Source: Candidatus Babelota bacterium
GTDB lineage: Bacteria > Babelota > Babeliae > Babelales > JABDEC01
NCBI GenBank assembly: GCA_013286795.1
Contig: JABDFA010000008.1
Coordinates: forward strand, 7,283 to 71,282
Length of the DNA: 64,000 nucleotides
Reading direction: 5' to 3'
Position numbers and translations under genes: made by a program. Shown piece by piece: positions 27,789 through 38,983 of this stretch. Under the pieces are notes generated by a model that saw only the letters and a program-made list of their open reading frames with translations, had not been told where the DNA came from and did not search any database. How positions within the stretch are numbered: position 1 is the first letter of the stretch; each line of letters opens with the position of its first letter.

Positions 27789-29861
27789 ATGAGTAGTCAT
27801 AGTCAGTTAGAAAAATCGAGAAATATAGGTATTGCCGCTCATATTGATGCAGGTAAAACAACTGTTACAGAGCGAATATTGTTTTTTACTGGAGCATCTC
27901 ACAAAATTGGTGAAGTTCATGAGGGTGAAACCACTACAGATTGGATGGAGCAAGAAAAAGAACGCGGTATTACTATTACTGCAGCAGCTATTAGTTGCGC
28001 TTGGAAGAATTATAAAGTTAATATTATAGATACTCCTGGTCACGTTGATTTTACTATAGAAGTAGGTAGATCTTTGCGTGTTTTAGATGGAGTGATATCT
28101 GTTTTTTGCGGCGTAGCTGGTGTTCAGCCGCAGTCAGAAACTGTTTGGCGTCAAGCTAATCGCTATAAAGTTCCCAGAATAGCTTTTGTTAACAAATTGG
28201 ATAGAATTGGAGCTGACTATTTTAGAGTAGTTAATGATATTAATACCCGACTAAAAGGAAACGCCTTGGTAATGCAAATACCTTTAGGTGAATCTGAAAA
28301 TTTCTATGGAGTTATAGATCTTTTGACAAGAAAGATGGCAACTTGGGAAGATATAGAAAAAGGTGGCCAAGTAAAATGGCAAGATGCTCCTGAAGAATAT
28401 AATGATCAAATTGAAAAATTGAGAACAGCCATAGTGGAAAGAGCATGTGACTTTGATGATGCTTTAGCTGAAAAATATTTGGCTGGTGAAGAAATTTCTA
28501 TTGAAGAAGTTAAAGCTGCTTTGCGTAAGGGTGTTATAAAAAGAGAAGTGGTCCCAGCATTTTGTGGAACAGCATTTAAAAATAAGGGCGTTCAGCCATT
28601 ATTGGATGCTGTTATAGACTATTTACCATCTCCTTTAGATGTGCCTCCGGTTGAAGGTATAAATCCGGATACTAATCAAACAGAGATTAGATCTTCTGAT
28701 GATTCTCAACCTTTTAGCGCATTAGCTTTTAAGATAATGACAGATCCTTTTGTTGGGGCATTAACCTTTATTCGCGTTTATTCAGGTGAGCTTAAATCTG
28801 GTTCATATATAATTAATCCTAGAACAAAAAACAAAGAGCGTGTGAGTCGTTTGATTAGAATGCATGCTAATAAAAGAGAAGAAATTAATTCGGTTGGAGC
28901 TGGTGATATAGCTGCAATTGTTGGTTTAAAAGATGTTTTGACGGGAGATTCTCTTTGTCAAGAAGGAAGTTTGATTTTTCTTGAATCAATCGATATACCA
29001 GCCCCGGTTATTCAAATATCTGTAGAGCCTAAGACTAAGGGTGATTATGAAAAAATGACCATAGCTCTTAGAAAAATGATGCAAGAAGATCCCTCATTTA
29101 AATTTAGCTATAATCAAGAAACTAGCCAAACAGTTATTTCTGGTATGGGTGAATTGCATCTAGAAATCATTATAGATCGTTTGCGTAGAGAGCATAAAGT
29201 AGAATTGGTTCCTGGTAAATTGCAAGTTGCTTACAAGGAAACAATTAGAGCTACTGTTGAATCTGAAGGTAAATTCATTAAACAATCTGGTGGTCGTGGT
29301 CAATACGGACATGTTTGGATTAAGTTTGAACCTCTAGAAAGAGGAAAAGGTTTTGAGTTTGAAAATAAGGTAGTTGGTGGTACTGTTCCGAGGGAATATA
29401 TACCAGCAGTTGAAAAAGGTTTGGAAGAAACAAAAAACACAGGTGTTATAGCTGGTTATCCTGTTGTTGATTTCAAAGCATCTTTATATGATGGTTCATA
29501 TCATGATGTTGACTCTTCTGAAATTGCATTTAAAATTGCAGCGGCAATGGCATTTAAAAGTGGAATGCAAAAAGCTAGTCCTGTTCTTCTTGAGCCTATT
29601 ATGAAGGTTGAAGTTGAAACACCAGAAGAGTATATGGGTGATGTTATCGGAGACTTGAATTCTCGTAGAGGCAGAATTTTGGGCATGGAGTCTAAGTATG
29701 GTACTCAGGTTATTACAGCTGAAGTTCCGTTGGAAACCATGGTTGGATATGTTACTGATTTGCGCTCTATGAGTAAAGGCCGAGCAACCTCATCAATGGA
29801 TTTTGATAGTTATAGAGAAGTTCCTGAGCATGTTCAGGCAAATATAATAGGTAAGAAATAA
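27789..29861 (+). CDS. fusA: Elongation factor G
   Basis: [27 protein letters not shown]; EF-G domains III-V present; str operon position. Confidence 0.97.
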   Translation: MSSHSQLEKSRNIGIAAHIDAGKTTVTERILFFTGASHKIGEVHEGETTTDWMEQEKERGITITAAAISCAWKNYKVNIIDTPGHVDFTIEVGRSLRVLDGVISVFCGVAGVQPQSETVWRQANRYKVPRIAFVNKLDRIGADYFRVVNDINTRLKGNALVMQIPLGESENFYGVIDLLTRKMATWEDIEKGGQVKWQDAPEEYNDQIEKLRTAIVERACDFDDALAEKYLAGEEISIEEVKAALRKGVIKREVVPAFCGTAFKNKGVQPLLDAVIDYLPSPLDVPPVEGINPDTNQTEIRSSDDSQPFSALAFKIMTDPFVGALTFIRVYSGELKSGSYIINPRTKNKERVSRLIRMHANKREEINSVGAGDIAAIVGLKDVLTGDSLCQEGSLIFLESIDIPAPVIQISVEPKTKGDYEKMTIALRKMMQEDPSFKFSYNQETSQTVISGMGELHLEIIIDRLRREHKVELVPGKLQVAYKETIRATVESEGKFIKQSGGRGQYGHVWIKFEPLERGKGFEFENKVVGGTVPREYIPAVEKGLEETKNTGVIAGYPVVDFKASLYDGSYHDVDSSEIAFKIAAAMAFKSGMQKASPVLLEPIMKVEVETPEEYMGDVIGDLNSRRGRILGMESKYGTQVITAEVPLETMVGYVTDLRSMSKGRATSSMDFDSYREVPEHVQANIIGKK

Positions 29862-29902
29862 AAGTTTAGTTTTTTGATTTATGATTCGTAGGAGAATTTA
29901 AT

Positions 29903-31090
29903 ATGTCACGCGTTTTTGAACGAAAAAAACCGCATCTTAACGTAGGAACAATTGGTCACGTTGATCATGGTAAGACAACATTGACAGCTGCCATAACAAA
30001 AACACAAGCATCTAAGGGCATGGCTGAGTTTAGAGCATATGATCAAATTGATAATGCGCCTGAAGAAAAAGAACGTGGTATTACTATAGCAACTTCGCAT
30101 ATCGAATATGAAACACCTAATCGTCACTATGCTCATATTGACTGTCCTGGTCATGCTGACTATGTAAAAAATATGATTACAGGTGCTGCGCAAATGGACG
30201 GAGCAATTTTGGTAGTATCAGCAGCTGATGGTGCTATGCCTCAAACTAGAGAGCATATTGTTTTGGCAAAGAACGTAGGTGTTCCCGCTTTAGTAGTATA
30301 CTTAAATAAAGTGGACATGGTTGATGATCCAGAAATGATCGACATGGTTGAAGCTGAAATCAGAGAATTATTAAATAAATATGATTTCCCTGGAGATGAT
30401 ATACCATTTATTAAAGGATCAGCTTTGAAAGCTCTAGAAGGTGATCAAAGTGAAATTGGAGTTAAATCAATTGATAAATTGATGGAAGCATTGGATACTT
30501 ATATTCCTGCTCCAAAAAGAGATATAGATAAACCATTTTTGATGCCTATAGAAGGTGTATTTACAATTTCTGGACGTGGTACTGTTGCAACAGGACGTAT
30601 AGAAAGAGGTAAAGTTAAGATCGGCGATGAAATAGAAATAATTGGATTTGGTGCGAAGCTTAAGAGTACGGTAACCGGAGTTGAAATGTTCCGTAAAACT
30701 CTTAATGATGGTCAAGCCGGTGATAACGTAGGCTTGCTAATGCGTGGCGTGAAAAAAGAAGAAATTGAACGTGGAATGGTAGCTGCAGCTCCAGGTTCAA
30801 TTACTCCTCATAAGAAATTTAAATGCCAAGTTTATATTTTAAGCAAAGATGAAGGCGGAAGACATAGCCCATTCTTTACTGGTTATAGACCGCAATTTTA
30901 TTTTAGAACAACTGACGTTACAGGTATTACAACATTACCAGCTGGTAGAGAAATGGTTATGCCTGGCGATAACGTTGAATTGGTAGTTGATCTTATTTCT
31001 CCTATAGCAATGGAAAAAGATCTAAGATTTGCTATAAGAGAAGGTGGTAAGACTGTTGGGTCTGGTGTTGTTACAGAAATTATAGAATAG
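29903..31090 (+). CDS. tuf: Elongation factor Tu
   Basis: [31 protein letters not shown], full-length EF-Tu. Confidence 0.97.
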   Translation: MSRVFERKKPHLNVGTIGHVDHGKTTLTAAITKTQASKGMAEFRAYDQIDNAPEEKERGITIATSHIEYETPNRHYAHIDCPGHADYVKNMITGAAQMDGAILVVSAADGAMPQTREHIVLAKNVGVPALVVYLNKVDMVDDPEMIDMVEAEIRELLNKYDFPGDDIPFIKGSALKALEGDQSEIGVKSIDKLMEALDTYIPAPKRDIDKPFLMPIEGVFTISGRGTVATGRIERGKVKIGDEIEIIGFGAKLKSTVTGVEMFRKTLNDGQAGDNVGLLMRGVKKEEIERGMVAAAPGSITPHKKFKCQVYILSKDEGGRHSPFFTGYRPQFYFRTTDVTGITTLPAGREMVMPGDNVELVVDLISPIAMEKDLRFAIREGGKTVGSGVVTEIIE

Positions 31091-31099
31091 GTATAATTG

Positions 31100-31405
31100 A
31101 TGAAAAAGCAGAAAATTCGTTTAACATTAAAATCTTATGATCATCAATTACTTGATAAGGCAGTGAAACAAATTGTTTTTACGGTAAAAAGAACAGGTTC
31201 ACAATTAATTGGGCCCGTTCCATTGCCAAACAAAATGGCCTGTTTTACTGTTTTGCGTTCTCCTCACGTAGATAAAAAATCTAGAGAACAATTTGCATTG
31301 ACTACTCATAGGAGAATACTGGATATAGTTGCGCCATCTGACCAAACAATGGATGCTTTAATGAAATTAAGCATCTCATCCGGTGTGGATGTTGAAATTA
31401 AATAG
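31100..31405 (+). CDS. rpsJ: 30S ribosomal protein S10
   Basis: [15 protein letters not shown]...GPVPLP...[16 protein letters not shown]. The track starts at TTG 31097; ATG 31100 preferred. Confidence 0.95.
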   Translation: MKKQKIRLTLKSYDHQLLDKAVKQIVFTVKRTGSQLIGPVPLPNKMACFTVLRSPHVDKKSREQFALTTHRRILDIVAPSDQTMDALMKLSISSGVDVEIK

Positions 31406-31421
31406 CATAAGGAAATAAGCA

Positions 31422-32039
31422 ATGAAAACTGGTGTTTGGGGTAAGAAAATTGGAATGACGCAGGTCTTTGTCAATGAAAAAGTTGTTCCTGTTACGGTGA
31501 TAGATACATCTAATTGGTTTATCACTCAAATTAAAAGTAAAGAATTGGATGGCTACAATGCCATTCAAATTGGTTGTGTTAAGCCAAAATATTCTTCAAA
31601 AACTTTTGAAAAAAGTTGGTTAACAGAGCTTTCAAAATATTTTTCTGCAATAAAAGAAGTCAAGACTTCTAGCATAGAAAATTTGGAAGTTGGTTCAATG
31701 GTTGATCCATCTAATGTTTTACAAGTGGGACAAACTGTTGATGCTATGGGATTGTCTAAAGGACGTGGCTTTCAGGGCGCTGTAAAAAGACATGGATTTA
31801 GAGGAGGTTCTGGAAGTCATGGTGACAAGACTGGAAGAAGAATAGGTTCTTTAAGTTTTATGAGATCTAGAGGTCGAGTTATCAAAGGTAAAAGATTGCC
31901 AGGTAATATGGGTATGGAATCTAAAACTATTAAAAATCTTGAGTTAATACAAATAATTCAAGAAAATAATGTTTTATTATTGAAAGGTTCGATACCTGGA
32001 AAAGCTGGATCTTTAGTTTTTATTAGCAAGCGTGGGTAA
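31422..32039 (+). CDS. rplC: 50S ribosomal protein L3
   Basis: G.WGKKIGMTQVF...GKGFQG..KRHGF.GG..SHG pattern. Confidence 0.96.
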   Translation: MKTGVWGKKIGMTQVFVNEKVVPVTVIDTSNWFITQIKSKELDGYNAIQIGCVKPKYSSKTFEKSWLTELSKYFSAIKEVKTSSIENLEVGSMVDPSNVLQVGQTVDAMGLSKGRGFQGAVKRHGFRGGSGSHGDKTGRRIGSLSFMRSRGRVIKGKRLPGNMGMESKTIKNLELIQIIQENNVLLLKGSIPGKAGSLVFISKRG

Positions 32040-32042
32040 TTT

Positions 32043-32684
32043 ATGAAAGATAATAATTTAAACAGTAAAGAATTAAATTTTAAGTTAAATACCCTAATGC
32101 TTCAAGATTTTAAAGGTATTGAGCGTAGTGTAATTAGTTCTGTAGGATTTTCTACTTGGATACGCGCATTACTCCAAAATTGGCGACAAGGAACAGTAGC
32201 TTGCAAAGGTCGTTCTGATGTTTCCTATTCTAATAAAAAACCTTGGAAACAAAAAGGTACAGGTAGGGCTCGTGCTGGTTCTGCAAGATCTCCTTTATGG
32301 AGAGGAGGGGGTGTAATTTTTGGACCCCAAGCTAGAGTTCGTAAACTTAAGGTTAATAAAGAAGTTAAAAGGCGTGTTTTAAATAATATGTTTTTAGATC
32401 TTTTAGAAAATAAAAAAATATGTTATTTAGATTGGGATTTTGAAAAACCAAAGACGTCTGCTACAAGAAAAGTTCTTGAGAATTTAAAATTAGACTCACA
32501 AAAAATAGTTTTATTACTCAATCCAACTGATGTAGTTTCGTATGCAGCATTTTCAAACATATCAAATGTTAGACTTGTGTTTTTTGATCAGTTAAATGCT
32601 TTCGATTTAGCCTCAGGTAATACTTTGATGTTTTTGAAAAAAGATTTAGATATGTTTAAGGATACGGTGTCACAATGGATTTAA
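32043..32684 (+). CDS. rplD: 50S ribosomal protein L4
   Basis: [30 protein letters not shown]. Confidence 0.95.
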   Translation: MKDNNLNSKELNFKLNTLMLQDFKGIERSVISSVGFSTWIRALLQNWRQGTVACKGRSDVSYSNKKPWKQKGTGRARAGSARSPLWRGGGVIFGPQARVRKLKVNKEVKRRVLNNMFLDLLENKKICYLDWDFEKPKTSATRKVLENLKLDSQKIVLLLNPTDVVSYAAFSNISNVRLVFFDQLNAFDLASGNTLMFLKKDLDMFKDTVSQWI

Positions 32685-33007
32685 CTATTTACGATATAAT
32701 TCAAAAGCCTATTGTTTCAGAAAAAGCACAAGATATTAACATTGATTTGAATAGATTGGTTTTGAAAGTTCATCCCAAAGCAAATAAACCTTTAATTAAA
32801 GAAGCTATGGAAAAACTTTTTAATGTGAAAGTTGAAAAGATTAATATTTTAGTTCGTAAAGGTAAATTGCGTAGAGTTGGCAGAATGCAAGTGCAAGGTA
32901 GAACTGAAAAAAGAGCTATTGTTACCTTAAAAGAAGGTTATACAATTGATCTATTTGGTACTGGCAAAACAGAGACACAGGAAACTAAAATTAAGTCAGA
33001 AGAATAA
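32675..33007 (+). CDS. rplW: 50S ribosomal protein L23
   Basis: L23 pattern and S10-operon position; 10-nt overlap with rplD. Confidence 0.93.
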   Translation: MDLTIYDIIQKPIVSEKAQDINIDLNRLVLKVHPKANKPLIKEAMEKLFNVKVEKINILVRKGKLRRVGRMQVQGRTEKRAIVTLKEGYTIDLFGTGKTETQETKIKSEE

Positions 33008-33023
33008 TTAACAAGAGGCAAGA

Positions 33024-33842
33024 ATGGCTATAGTACTTAGAAAACCTAGAAGCGCTTCAACAAGATTTCAATCCTATTTAACTTCTGAAGATATTACTAA
33101 AACTACGCCCGAAAAGAAATTAGTTATTGGCTTGAAGAGACGTGGTGGAAGAAACGCTTATGGTAGAATAACAACAAGGCATCGAGGTGGCGGTGCACAA
33201 AAGAGGTACAGGATAGTTGATTTCAGGAGAAGTGAACGAGATGTTCCAGGAAGAATTATTGCTGTTGAATATGATCCTAATCGTAATGTAAGATTAGGAT
33301 TGGTGCTTTATGCAAACGGTAATAAAAGATATATATTAATGCCTGAAAAATTATCAGTTGGATCACATATTTTTGCAGGCGAGGGTATAGAGCCTAAAGT
33401 TGGTAATTGCATGCCATTAAAGAATATACCTGCGGGTTTCTTTATACATAATGTGGAAGTTTTTCCTGGTCAAGGTGGCAAAATAGCCCGTGGAGCAGGA
33501 TCTTCAATTCAGATTATGGGTAAAACCGAAACGCATGCTACTTTGAAATTGCCTTCTGGAGAAATTAGATTATTACCTCTAGATTGTTGGGCAACTGTTG
33601 GTGTGTTAGGAAATGCTGAATACAAAAATATTGTTTGGGGTAAGGCTGGAAGGACTAGGTACAAAGGTATTAGACCTACGGTTCGTGGCATGGCTATGAA
33701 TCCAGTGGATCATCCACATGGTGGTGGTGAGGGTCGTTCGAAATCTGGATCCCATCCTATGACCCCTTGGGGTAAAGGTTGTAAAGGTACTAGAACTAGA
33801 AAAAGAAAAAATTCTCTAATTATAAGTAGAAGAAAGCCCTAA
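33024..33842 (+). CDS. rplB: 50S ribosomal protein L2
   Basis: GRNAYGRITTRHRGGG.KR.YR.VDF.R, MNPVDHPHGGGEG. Confidence 0.97.
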   Translation: MAIVLRKPRSASTRFQSYLTSEDITKTTPEKKLVIGLKRRGGRNAYGRITTRHRGGGAQKRYRIVDFRRSERDVPGRIIAVEYDPNRNVRLGLVLYANGNKRYILMPEKLSVGSHIFAGEGIEPKVGNCMPLKNIPAGFFIHNVEVFPGQGGKIARGAGSSIQIMGKTETHATLKLPSGEIRLLPLDCWATVGVLGNAEYKNIVWGKAGRTRYKGIRPTVRGMAMNPVDHPHGGGEGRSKSGSHPMTPWGKGCKGTRTRKRKNSLIISRRKP

Positions 33843-33905
33843 ACATAGGCAATAATTAGTAGAAAAGTTAATTTAAATAGGTTATAATATAAGGTATGAT
33901 AAATT

Positions 33906-34187
33906 ATGAGTAGATCATCAAAGAAGGGTCCTTGGGTTGACGAATCGCTGATGAAAAAAGTTGAAAAGGCAAAATCTTCAACAAAAAAAGAGGCGATAAA
34001 AACTTGGTCCAGAAGAAGTATGGTAATACCTGATTTTGTAGGTCTTACGATAGGCGTTCATGATGGCAGAAAATTTGTTTCAGTTTATGTTACTGAAAAT
34101 ATGGTGGGCCATTACTTAGGTGAGTTCGCTCCTACTAGGACGTTTAGGCTTCATAGTGGTCAGAGAAAAGCTGGTGCGGCTGAATAG
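33906..34187 (+). CDS. rpsS: 30S ribosomal protein S19
   Basis: [12 protein letters not shown]......[21 protein letters not shown]...[12 protein letters not shown]. Confidence 0.96.
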   Translation: MSRSSKKGPWVDESLMKKVEKAKSSTKKEAIKTWSRRSMVIPDFVGLTIGVHDGRKFVSVYVTENMVGHYLGEFAPTRTFRLHSGQRKAGAAE

Positions 34188-34229
34188 TTATTGTTTAATT
34201 AGTTATTTTAAGGATTTCGGGGTTTGAGT

Positions 34230-34568
34230 ATGAATTTTACAGCTAAGGTTAAGTACTTGCGTTATTCACCGTATAAATTGAGACCAATAGTAGATGTGCT
34301 TAGAGGTAAAAATGTTGATTATGCTATTAATTGGCTTACAACATATAAAACTCAGCGAGCTTTACCTGTACAAAAAATTATTGAATCTGCTGCTGCTAAT
34401 GCTAAATTTCAGCAATCTGATTTAGAGTTAAGTGATCTTTTTATTAAGGAAATATTAGTTGATCAAGGTCCTATGTATAAATATTTTAAGCCAGGAGCTA
34501 TGGGCAGAGCTAATCCTTATAAAAAAAGATCTAGTCATATAAGCGTTGTTTTAGAAAGTAAGAAATAA
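34230..34568 (+). CDS. rplV: 50S ribosomal protein L22
   Basis: L22 pattern and position. The track uses TTG 34224; ATG 34230 is the alternative chosen here. Confidence 0.93.
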   Translation: MNFTAKVKYLRYSPYKLRPIVDVLRGKNVDYAINWLTTYKTQRALPVQKIIESAAANAKFQQSDLELSDLFIKEILVDQGPMYKYFKPGAMGRANPYKKRSSHISVVLESKK

Positions 34569-34584
34569 TATAGAGAGGATCAGT

Positions 34585-35232
34585 GTGGGTCAAAAGGTCA
34601 ATCCTACAGGTTTTAGGTTGGGTGTTTATATAGATTGGAGTTCTAGTTGGTTTGCTAGAGATTCTTATGGTAAAAGTCTATTGCAAGATTTCCAGATAAG
34701 AAAATTATTAGAGAAAACTTTGGAAAAAGCAGAAGTTTCTAGCGTGAAGATTGAAAAAACTGGTGAATCTGTCCGTATAATTATTAATTCTGGTCGGCCA
34801 GGTATGGTAATAGGTAAAAAAGGACAGGAAATTGAAGGATTGCGTAAAGAGTTATCATCTTTATTGAATCTAAATAATATTGAAATTTCTGTACAAGAAA
34901 TAAAGAAGCCAGAGCTTGATGCAAAGTTAGTAGCGGAGAGTATAGCTGATCAATTAGTAAGAAGAGCTAATTTTAAAAAGGCCATGAAAAAGGCGGCAGC
35001 TTCGGCTATAAAAAGTGGTGCAAGAGGTGTTAAAATCCGTTGCGCTGGACGACTTGGTGGAGCAGAAATCGCAAGAGATGAGTGGACCCGTATTGGTTCT
35101 ATACCGTTACATACTTTAAGATCCGATATAGATTATGCACTTGCTGAAGCAAAAACTAAGATGGGTATTGTTGGTGTGAAAGTTTGGATTTGTAAAGGCG
35201 AGTATCAGCTTGCTAAAAAGCGTTCTTCATAA
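34585..35232 (+). CDS. rpsC: 30S ribosomal protein S3
   Basis: GQKVNP.GFRLG...W.S.W.A; KH domain; GRLGGAEIAR.EW...G..PLHTLR.DIDY. Confidence 0.96.
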   Translation: MGQKVNPTGFRLGVYIDWSSSWFARDSYGKSLLQDFQIRKLLEKTLEKAEVSSVKIEKTGESVRIIINSGRPGMVIGKKGQEIEGLRKELSSLLNLNNIEISVQEIKKPELDAKLVAESIADQLVRRANFKKAMKKAAASAIKSGARGVKIRCAGRLGGAEIARDEWTRIGSIPLHTLRSDIDYALAEAKTKMGIVGVKVWICKGEYQLAKKRSS

Positions 35233-35247
35233 TGAAAGTTAACTAAC

Positions 35248-35670
35248 ATGTTGATGCCAAAAAAAGTTAAATACAGAAAAGTTCAAAGAGGTACTATGAA
35301 AGGGCTTTCAAAAGGAGCTCGAGATTTGTATTTTGGAGAATTTGGTTTGCAAGCTGTTGAGCCTGCATGGGTTACTGCTCAGCAAATTGAAGCTGTGCGT
35401 GTGACGATATCTAGACAATTAAAAAAAGTTGGAAAACTTTTTGTAAGAGTTTTTCCAGATAAACCAGTTACTAAAAAGCCTGCCGAAACTCGTATGGGTA
35501 AGGGTAAGGGTAATCCAGAACTTTGGGTATCTGTGGTAAAGCGTGGAAGAATAGTATGTGAACTTGAAGGGCTGCCTGAAGAGGAAGCAAAGAGAATTTT
35601 AAAGCTTGCTACATATAAGTTACCAATGAAAACAAAAGTTATTAAAAAAATGGATAATAACAATGAATAA
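35248..35670 (+). CDS. rplP: 50S ribosomal protein L16
   Basis: MLMPKKVKYRKVQRG...G. L16 N-terminus; ETRMGKGKG.PE.W. Confidence 0.96.
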   Translation: MLMPKKVKYRKVQRGTMKGLSKGARDLYFGEFGLQAVEPAWVTAQQIEAVRVTISRQLKKVGKLFVRVFPDKPVTKKPAETRMGKGKGNPELWVSVVKRGRIVCELEGLPEEEAKRILKLATYKLPMKTKVIKKMDNNNE

Positions 35671-35872
35671 AGAAAAAATAGAATTAAGAAAATTGGATAC
35701 AAAACAGCTTGAAGAAAAAGTTGTTGATTATAGACGTGAGTTATTTAGTTTAAAACTAGCTTCATCTACATCACATGTAAAAGATAGTTCTGGTTTTAAA
35801 AAGCTTAGAAAAAATCTAGCTAGAGCTTTGACTTATTTGCGTCAAAGTCGTGAAGTTGGCGTAAAGGATTAA
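35663..35872 (+). CDS. rpmC: 50S ribosomal protein L29
   Basis: Size, position and the LR....QLEEK......ELF.LK pattern. Confidence 0.9.
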   Translation: MNKEKIELRKLDTKQLEEKVVDYRRELFSLKLASSTSHVKDSSGFKKLRKNLARALTYLRQSREVGVKD

Positions 35873-35873
35873 A

Positions 35874-36143
35874 ATGATAAATGAAACTAGTAAGGCAATT
35901 AAAAATATTTTAACTGGTGAAGTCGTTTCCGACAAAATGGATAAAACAGTGGTTGTCAAGATTGATAGAATTTTTGTACACCCTGTTTTTAAGAAAACTA
36001 TTAAAAAAGTTAAAAAATATAAAGTTCATGATGAGGGTGAAGTTGCAAAAACAGGCGATTTGGTTGAATTTTATGAAGGAAGGCCTGTTTCTAAAACAAA
36101 GTATATGTATCTGCATCGTGTTGTTAAGACTAGTATTAACTAG
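35874..36143 (+). CDS. rpsQ: 30S ribosomal protein S17
   Basis: L.G.VVSDKMDKT.VV.......HP...K......K...HDE.......GD.V......P.SK. Confidence 0.94.
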   Translation: MINETSKAIKNILTGEVVSDKMDKTVVVKIDRIFVHPVFKKTIKKVKKYKVHDEGEVAKTGDLVEFYEGRPVSKTKYMYLHRVVKTSIN

Positions 36144-36168
36144 TTAATTTATATATAAAGGTAACTTT

Positions 36169-36534
36169 ATGATACAAAAACAAACTTACTTAGAGGTTGC
36201 TGATAATTCAGGAGCAAAACTTGTGCAATGTATTCACATCTCTGGTAGTACTCGTAAAAGATATGCTTATTTGGGTGATGTTATAAAATGTGCAGTAAAA
36301 GTAGCAACTCCTGGTGGTATTGTCAAAAAAGCAGAAGTTGTGGAAGCGGTTGTTGTGAGAACAACTAAAGAATATTCCAGAGAAGATGGCAGTTACATTA
36401 GATTTGGTGAAAATGCTTGTGTAATAATTAAAGATGGCGAACCTGTAGCATCTCGTATTTTTGGTCCTATTGCTAGAGAGCTGAGATCAAAAGGGCATAC
36501 AAAGATTATATCATTAGCTCCTGAGGTTTTATAA
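36169..36534 (+). CDS. rplN: 50S ribosomal protein L14
   Basis: [14 protein letters not shown]...CI...G. is the canonical L14 start. Confidence 0.97.
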   Translation: MIQKQTYLEVADNSGAKLVQCIHISGSTRKRYAYLGDVIKCAVKVATPGGIVKKAEVVEAVVVRTTKEYSREDGSYIRFGENACVIIKDGEPVASRIFGPIARELRSKGHTKIISLAPEVL

Positions 36535-36543
36535 GAGGTACAG

Positions 36544-36852
36544 ATGAGAGTTAAAAAAAATGATACTGTTTTAGTTTTAAGCGGTAAAGATAAGGGAAAA
36601 CAGGGAGTTGTTATTGAGTTTTCTGAAAAAAAAGGTAAAATAAAAATTGGTGGTATCGCGCAAGTAACTAAGCATTTGAAAGCAAGGAAACAAGGGCAAA
36701 ATTCTGCTATCATTAAAACTGAAAGTTTTATAGATATTTCTAAAGTTATGTTAATGTGCGCAGCTTGTAAGCAACCTACAAGAATTGGTTCTGGGCAAGT
36801 TGATAGTGCCAAGGTTAGGGTATGCAAACGTTGTAACGAAACTGTTAAGTAG
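36544..36852 (+). CDS. rplX: 50S ribosomal protein L24 (with C-terminal CxxC...CxxC)
   Basis: KKNDTV.V.SGKDKGKQG.V KOW motif; C-terminal CAACKQPTRIG...RVCKRCNE. Confidence 0.94.
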   Translation: MRVKKNDTVLVLSGKDKGKQGVVIEFSEKKGKIKIGGIAQVTKHLKARKQGQNSAIIKTESFIDISKVMLMCAACKQPTRIGSGQVDSAKVRVCKRCNETVK

Positions 36853-36859
36853 GACAACA

Positions 36860-37411
36860 ATGTCAAAATCACGATTAAATGAAATTTATGAAACTGAGAT
36901 TAGGCCACAACTTTTAAAAGAGCTGAATCTAAGTAATATTATGGAAGTTCCAAAGATTGAAAAAATTGTGCTTAACGTAGGTGTTAAAGATGCTGTTGAT
37001 GATAGTAAGGCTATACAATTAGTTGTTGATGGAATTACTAAAATTACAGGTCAAAAAGCTGTAAAAACTAAAGCTAAAAAATCTATAGCTAATTTTAAAA
37101 TTAGAGAGGGAATGGATATAGGTGTAAAAGTTACTTTACGTAAAGATAGAATGTATGAGTTTTTGGATAGATTTATAAATTTAGCTTTGCCTACAGTAAG
37201 AGATTTTAATGGAGTAAAGACTAGCTTAGATGGTCAAGGTAACTATAGTGTTGGTATTAAGGAATGGTCCATATTTCCTGAAATAGATTTCAATACGTTT
37301 GAAAAAATATATGGACTTAATATAACTATTCATACTTCTACTAAATCAGATAAATATGCATATGAATTGTTAAAAAAATTTAAGATGCCATTTCGTAAAA
37401 GTTCAAAATAA
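36860..37411 (+). CDS. rplE: 50S ribosomal protein L5
   Basis: Track start 36785 trimmed to ATG 36860 (MSKSRLNEIYE.EIRPQL...N.M.VPKIEKIVLN.G), just after the rplX stop. Confidence 0.95.
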   Translation: MSKSRLNEIYETEIRPQLLKELNLSNIMEVPKIEKIVLNVGVKDAVDDSKAIQLVVDGITKITGQKAVKTKAKKSIANFKIREGMDIGVKVTLRKDRMYEFLDRFINLALPTVRDFNGVKTSLDGQGNYSVGIKEWSIFPEIDFNTFEKIYGLNITIHTSTKSDKYAYELLKKFKMPFRKSSK

Positions 37412-37429
37412 TATAGAGGAAAATGATTT

Positions 37430-37615
37430 ATGGCAAGAAAAGCCTTAATAGAAAAATCTAATAAAATACCTAAGTTTGCAGTAAGACATAGAAATAGATG
37501 TAAGCTATGTGGAAGACCTAGGGGTTATATTGGTGAATTTATGTTATGCCGTCTTTGTTTTAGGAAGTTTGCTTTACAAGGCTTGCTGCCTGGTGTTAAG
37601 AAAATTAGTTGGTAA
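37430..37615 (+). CDS. rpsN: 30S ribosomal protein S14, short zinc-binding type (S14 type Z)
   Basis: 61 aa; CKLCGRPRG...CRLCFR. Confidence 0.95.
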   Translation: MARKALIEKSNKIPKFAVRHRNRCKLCGRPRGYIGEFMLCRLCFRKFALQGLLPGVKKISW

Positions 37616-37630
37616 TAAGGAAATTAAGAA

Positions 37631-38026
37631 ATGTCTATAGATACAATAGGTGACTTTTTGACCATCATTAGAAATGGAATAATGTCTTCTAAGCGTTTTG
37701 TTATTGCTCCGCATTCAAAAATTAAGTTTGAAATTGCTAAGATATTAAAGGATGAGGGATTCATTAAAGATGTTATTGTTGAAGATCAAGATTCTGTAAA
37801 AAAGCAGATCAAAATCTTTCTTAAATACGTTGAGGGCGAATCTGTTATTCATGAAATTAAGAGAATAAGCAAGCCTGGAAGAAGATCTTATGCTAGTGTA
37901 AATAAGTTTAAGCCTGTTATTGGCGGCTTAGGAATTTCGATAATAACAACTAGTAAAGGTTTAGTAACAAATAAACAGGCTAAAGATTTATTTGTGGGTG
38001 GTGAAATTATTTGCACTGTTTGGTAA
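37631..38026 (+). CDS. rpsH: 30S ribosomal protein S8
   Basis: D.IGD.LT.IRNG; ...ISKPG.R.Y........V..GLGI.I..TS.G....K.A....VGGE..C.VW. Confidence 0.96.
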   Translation: MSIDTIGDFLTIIRNGIMSSKRFVIAPHSKIKFEIAKILKDEGFIKDVIVEDQDSVKKQIKIFLKYVEGESVIHEIKRISKPGRRSYASVNKFKPVIGGLGISIITTSKGLVTNKQAKDLFVGGEIICTVW

Positions 38027-38036
38027 GGATTATTAT

Positions 38037-38582
38037 ATGTCAAAGATTGGAAGAAAGCCTATAGCTGTAGATAATGCTAAAGTTGAAGTAAAAGGACAGC
38101 AGGTTCATTATAAGGGCAAATTTTCCTCTGGTGTTCATGAGTTGCCTAGTTTTATGAAAGTAGATTTTGATGGTCAAGCAATAAAATTAACTTTAGCTGA
38201 ATCAAATAATGCTAACAATAAGTTTTGGGGTTTGCATAGAGCTTTACTTGCTAACAAAATTAAAGGATCTAACGAATTATTTGAAAAGAAGGTTCAAATA
38301 GTTGGATTAGGTTATAAAGCTGAATTATTGGGAAAAACTAAGGTTAAATTTTCGTTAGGATTCAGCCACAAAATAGAGCAGTTGTTACCTGAAGTTGTTA
38401 CTTTGGAAATAGATAAAACTGGTCAGCTTTTGACTTTTAAATCAAGTGACAAAGAAGTGCTTGGCCAAGTTTGTGCTACGGTTAGATCTTTGCGTCCACC
38501 TGAGCCTTACAAAGGAACCGGTATTAAATTATCAACTGAAGTTATAAGACGCAAAGCTGGTAAAACAAAAGCTGCAGTTTAA
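38037..38582 (+). CDS. rplF: 50S ribosomal protein L6
   Basis: Track start trimmed to ATG 38037 (MSKIGRKPI.V); ...PPEPYKGTGIK. Confidence 0.95.
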   Translation: MSKIGRKPIAVDNAKVEVKGQQVHYKGKFSSGVHELPSFMKVDFDGQAIKLTLAESNNANNKFWGLHRALLANKIKGSNELFEKKVQIVGLGYKAELLGKTKVKFSLGFSHKIEQLLPEVVTLEIDKTGQLLTFKSSDKEVLGQVCATVRSLRPPEPYKGTGIKLSTEVIRRKAGKTKAAV

Positions 38583-38614
38583 TAAATGAATATTATTTTG
38601 ATTAGGATGACAAC

Positions 38615-38968
38615 ATGTCTTTAATTAGAAAAAATCAAAAACGTACACAAAGACGTTTACTAAGAAATAAGAAGCGGCTAAAATCTTCTTCTTTAAATAG
38701 AGTTTCTGCTTTTAAAAGTTTAAAATATTTTTATGGTCAATTAATTGATGATAACGCAGGTTCAACGCTTGTTAGCTGTTCTTCTCTAGAATTAAAAAAT
38801 TTAAAAGGCGATAAAAAAGAACAGGCAAAAGCAGTAGGTATAGAATTGGCTAAAAGAGCTATCCAAAAAGGTATATCTCAAGCAAAATTTGATCGTGGAG
38901 CATTTATTTATCATGGTAGAATAAAATCTTTTGCTGAAGGCTTAAGAGAAGGTGGCTTGAAGATTTAA
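38615..38968 (+). CDS. rplR: 50S ribosomal protein L18
   Basis: L18 pattern (...Y.Q.IDD..G.TL...S...........A..VG..LA.RA...GI....FDRG...YHGR.K..A...RE.GL. Confidence 0.94.
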   Translation: MSLIRKNQKRTQRRLLRNKKRLKSSSLNRVSAFKSLKYFYGQLIDDNAGSTLVSCSSLELKNLKGDKKEQAKAVGIELAKRAIQKGISQAKFDRGAFIYHGRIKSFAEGLREGGLKI

Positions 38969-38983
38969 TTAGGATAAAAATTT

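Noticed and set aside
35379-36872. Long antisense ORFs inside the ribosomal operon (35379-35702 -, 35910-36116 -, 36393-36872 -; likewise 44489-44797 - and 45170-45574 -).
   Set aside because: They lie entirely opposite strongly conserved r-protein and rpoA genes, have low-complexity translations and no RBS. They are typical shadow ORFs.
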